Positions 63,495-64,000 of a stretch of DNA of 64,000 nt are shown here, in pieces; positions within the stretch are counted from its first letter, which is position 1; every line of letters begins with the position of its first letter. The translations under genes and the position numbers were made by a program. This DNA is from Dimorphilus gyrociliatus (lineage: Eukaryota; Animalia; Annelida): NCBI GenBank assembly GCA_904063045.1, contig CAJFCJ010000034.1, forward strand, positions 133,649 through 197,648, read 5' to 3'. Under the pieces are notes generated by a model. It was not told where the DNA came from, did no database searches, and saw only the letters and a list, made by a program, of their open reading frames with translations.

Positions 63495-63870
63495 TCTTAA
63501 TATCTACTTAAAATGATTTGAATTATCTTGATAAAGTTTAGAATGAATGTTTGCTGAAAAATACAAAAAATTAATTGGAAATTCAAATTAAAATTACTTA
63601 CAGCATTCTTCATTTTGCTCAAAGTAATCATAATCATTTGATGAAACAAGCAAATTTGGATTAATTAACTTTCTTTTCTCATTCAAACCACAATTTCCAT
63701 TTGAACTGTTATACTCAAATGATCTTGTTATAAAAGTGCACAAATTATATTAATTATATCTAATTTGCATATTTGTAAAAAAAAAACCTTACAGACAATT
63801 ATATGTTAAGTAACAGAAATTTTGGCATTTTTCCAAACTGTCAAATGACCTTGAAAGGATGAATGGCCTA
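63495..63870 (-). CDS. PAN/apple-domain exons (gene runs off the window; ends approximate)
   Basis: Spliced reading SFDSLEKCQNFCYLTYNC|LSFEYNSSNGNCGLNEKRKLINPNLLVSSNDYDYFEQNEEC fits the PAN pattern C-x3-C-x5-C-x-SF-x-Y-x6-C...DYFE. Confidence 0.6.
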
Positions 63871-64000
63871 CTTATAACTTTTTCAGGATATATTTAAGTC
63901 CTTTAAATAAATATTTATCAAATGAATAAAAATGTGAATAAGACAAATCTAGATATAAAATAGTATCAAGATTTAGAAAAATATTTGAATGATTTGAATC

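Noticed and set aside
1-64000. CRISPR array, rRNA or prokaryotic operon
   Set aside because: No regularly spaced repeats, rRNA-like sequence or operon structure; spliceosomal introns throughout indicate a eukaryotic nuclear locus.

Overview
AT-rich eukaryotic genomic DNA with many 45-75 nt GT-AG introns and Pol III tRNA genes. This points to a compact-genome invertebrate; lophotrochozoan-like is an inference from the GRL101-type receptors. The window is dominated by six paralogous giant GRL101/LGR-like receptor genes: four on + (11.1-15.2, 15.3-20.7, 30.1-36.1, 36.2-45.8 kb) and two on - (46.1-56.6, 56.8-62.9 kb). The full architecture is signal peptide, SRCR-like modules, C-type-lectin-like module, LDLa repeats, LRRs and rhodopsin-class 7TM. 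After manual splicing, all six also carry a C-terminal cytoplasmic domain resembling a catalytically dead protein-kinase remnant. Neighbouring paralogs share near-identical 110-790 bp tracts, three look pseudogenised, and two carry BEL/Pao LTR retrotransposons (one nested in a Tc1-like element inside an intron, one near full length with TA...TA termini inside an exon). Also present: four small Cys-rich GPI-anchor-like genes of one family, a secreted LamG-like gene, an intronless 4-TM ORF, a ZYG11/ZER1-like gene plus a partial duplicate, NAPE-PLD, a two-domain Ly6/quiver-like gene, a PAN-domain gene fragment, and four tRNAs (two iMet, Thr-AGT, and an unusual Ile-GAT). All gene models were built by eye; no database searches were run.
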